Below, piece by piece: positions 56,134 through 57,168 of a stretch of 57,168 nt of DNA. The position numbers and the translations under genes are program-made. Each line of letters starts with the position of its first letter. The stretch's first letter is position 1. The DNA comes from a virus (Duplodnaviria > Caudoviricetes). Where the stretch lies: positions 1 through 57,168 of the IMG/VR virus record IMGVR_UViG_3300037262_000028, one strand, 5' to 3'. The notes beneath the pieces were generated by a model, which did no database searches, was not told where the DNA came from, and saw nothing but the letters and a program-made list of their open reading frames with translations.

Positions 56134-56456
56134 AAAATAAACTGTACGCTTTTTTGGTCAGCAGAACGCCTCAATCTTATTCAGTCCAATGGCTGTCTAA
56201 ACGGTTTAACGTAACGACAGTCGACCTGCGCGCTGTGCTGAACTCGCTGGTAAATGACCCGTATATTCAGCAAGCTAATCAGCGCCAGATACGATATTAC
56301 GTGCCAGAAGTGTCAACAACGCCAGGGCGCTACGTTCCGCCGTTCAGACCGCTGAAACTAGACCCGCGAATGGGCGAACGATGCAAAGAGTTGTATAGCG
56401 AAGGCCATAGCGTAAAGTCAATGGCTTCGTCAGTATTAAACCGCAGAGAGGATTGA
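56115..56456 (+). CDS. Hypothetical protein, possible winged-HTH
   Basis: SVQWLSKRFNVTTVDLRAVLNSL helix-turn-helix-like segment. Confidence 0.55.
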   Translation: MDEESLENKLYAFLVSRTPQSYSVQWLSKRFNVTTVDLRAVLNSLVNDPYIQQANQRQIRYYVPEVSTTPGRYVPPFRPLKLDPRMGERCKELYSEGHSVKSMASSVLNRRED

Positions 56457-56460
56457 AATT

Positions 56461-56709
56461 ATGATATTCAACTGCTTGAAACACGGAATTTCGTATGGCG
56501 GTGTTTGCATGCTGTGTCTGAATGAAGCGCTTGCTATGGTCCAGCAGCCGCTATACCCTCCGACACGACGCCAGTATTACGCAGCGAAAGCGATGCAAGG
56601 AATTATCACAGCTAACGCCGGTTTGAATTATGACGAAATTTCCGTGGCACGAAATTCTTTCGCTATGGCTGATGCCATGATCAAATTCGAACAGAATGAA
56701 CAATCGTGA
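56461..56709 (+). CDS. Conserved phage protein
   Basis: RRQYYAAKAMQGII...A..SFAMADAMI motif. Confidence 0.75.
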   Translation: MIFNCLKHGISYGGVCMLCLNEALAMVQQPLYPPTRRQYYAAKAMQGIITANAGLNYDEISVARNSFAMADAMIKFEQNEQS

Positions 56710-56909
56710 GTACTGAAATGATTGCTTATCTCGGCTTTAAACGAGAAACCGAAGTTGTATGTAACCCGGTCGATTTAGGTTGCGGTGCTGGCCAGGTAGA
56801 CTGTTTCGAATGTGGCGGCGATGGCGACTGGACAAAATTTTTCCCTGAATTGGGACCGCAGAAATGCGTCCAATGTAAGGGAACCGGAAAACAATTAATT
56901 GGGATATAA
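56706..56909 (+). CDS. Small DnaJ-type zinc-finger protein
   Basis: CFECGGDG and CVQCKGTG. Confidence 0.65.
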   Translation: MSTEMIAYLGFKRETEVVCNPVDLGCGAGQVDCFECGGDGDWTKFFPELGPQKCVQCKGTGKQLIGI

Positions 56910-56912
56910 ATC

Positions 56913-57168
56913 ATGAGCAATAAATCGGAGCCTGTGGCGTGGATCAACAATAGTGCCTTGCGCACGCTTAAAATTGGTCTGGCTGACCTTGCCACGGTAA
57001 GCCCTCAAGAAACTCAGATGTTCACTAACGCGCTTTATTTGCATCCAGCACCAGCCTTAACCGCCGATCTGAAAGCGGAGTTGATTGAATGCTTAAAAAT
57101 GGGACTGGCTGCACAGATGTATGTGCATGGGACTGAGCGTAAAAGTCCTAATTTTATCAAAGAAGTTT
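56913..57168 (+). CDS. Hypothetical phage protein spanning the circular junction (continues 60..127, 107 aa)
   Basis: MSNKSEPVAWIN...ALYLHPAP... stays open across the join and stops at TGA 125-127, overlapping the next ATG (ATGA). Confidence 0.75.
   Translation, partial: MSNKSEPVAWINNSALRTLKIGLADLATVSPQETQMFTNALYLHPAPALTADLKAELIECLKMGLAAQMYVHGTERKSPNFIKEV
57110..57168. repeat. Terminal direct repeat, copy 2 (circular assembly overlap)
   Basis: Identical to 1-59; an ORF reads through the join, consistent with a 57,109-bp circle. Confidence 0.95.

Overview
The window is an apparently complete, circularly assembled dsDNA tailed-phage genome of about 57.1 kb: bases 1-59 repeat exactly at 57110-57168, and one ORF reads through the join. 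The virion module is myovirus-type and Bcep781/Bcep1-like (DUF1073-type portal, DUF2213-type protease, DUF2184-type capsid, DUF3383-type sheath, baseplate J/DUF2612, two paralogous tail fibres). It forms one leftward late operon from a lambda pR'-like promoter just downstream of a Q-like gene and ends in a lysis cassette with a class-3 lipase and a secreted GH18-like protein. Replication genes are a family-A DNA polymerase, a RepB-type primase-helicase, an SSB-like protein, a DUF2800-type exonuclease and VRR-NUC. I found no integrase, repressor, tRNA, CRISPR array or reverse transcriptase. The most striking observation is a ~60-70 aa Gly/Thr-rich beta module inserted in-frame about 14 times across 8 different late proteins. 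It is nested inside itself in the head decoration protein and the sheath, and sits just after the catalytic motifs of two enzymes. Second is a 1.4-kb non-coding control region with interlocking perfect palindromes, a 15-bp tandem array, inverted iterons, IHF- and NrdR-like boxes and phased A-tracts. Family names come from motif recognition by eye, not database searches.
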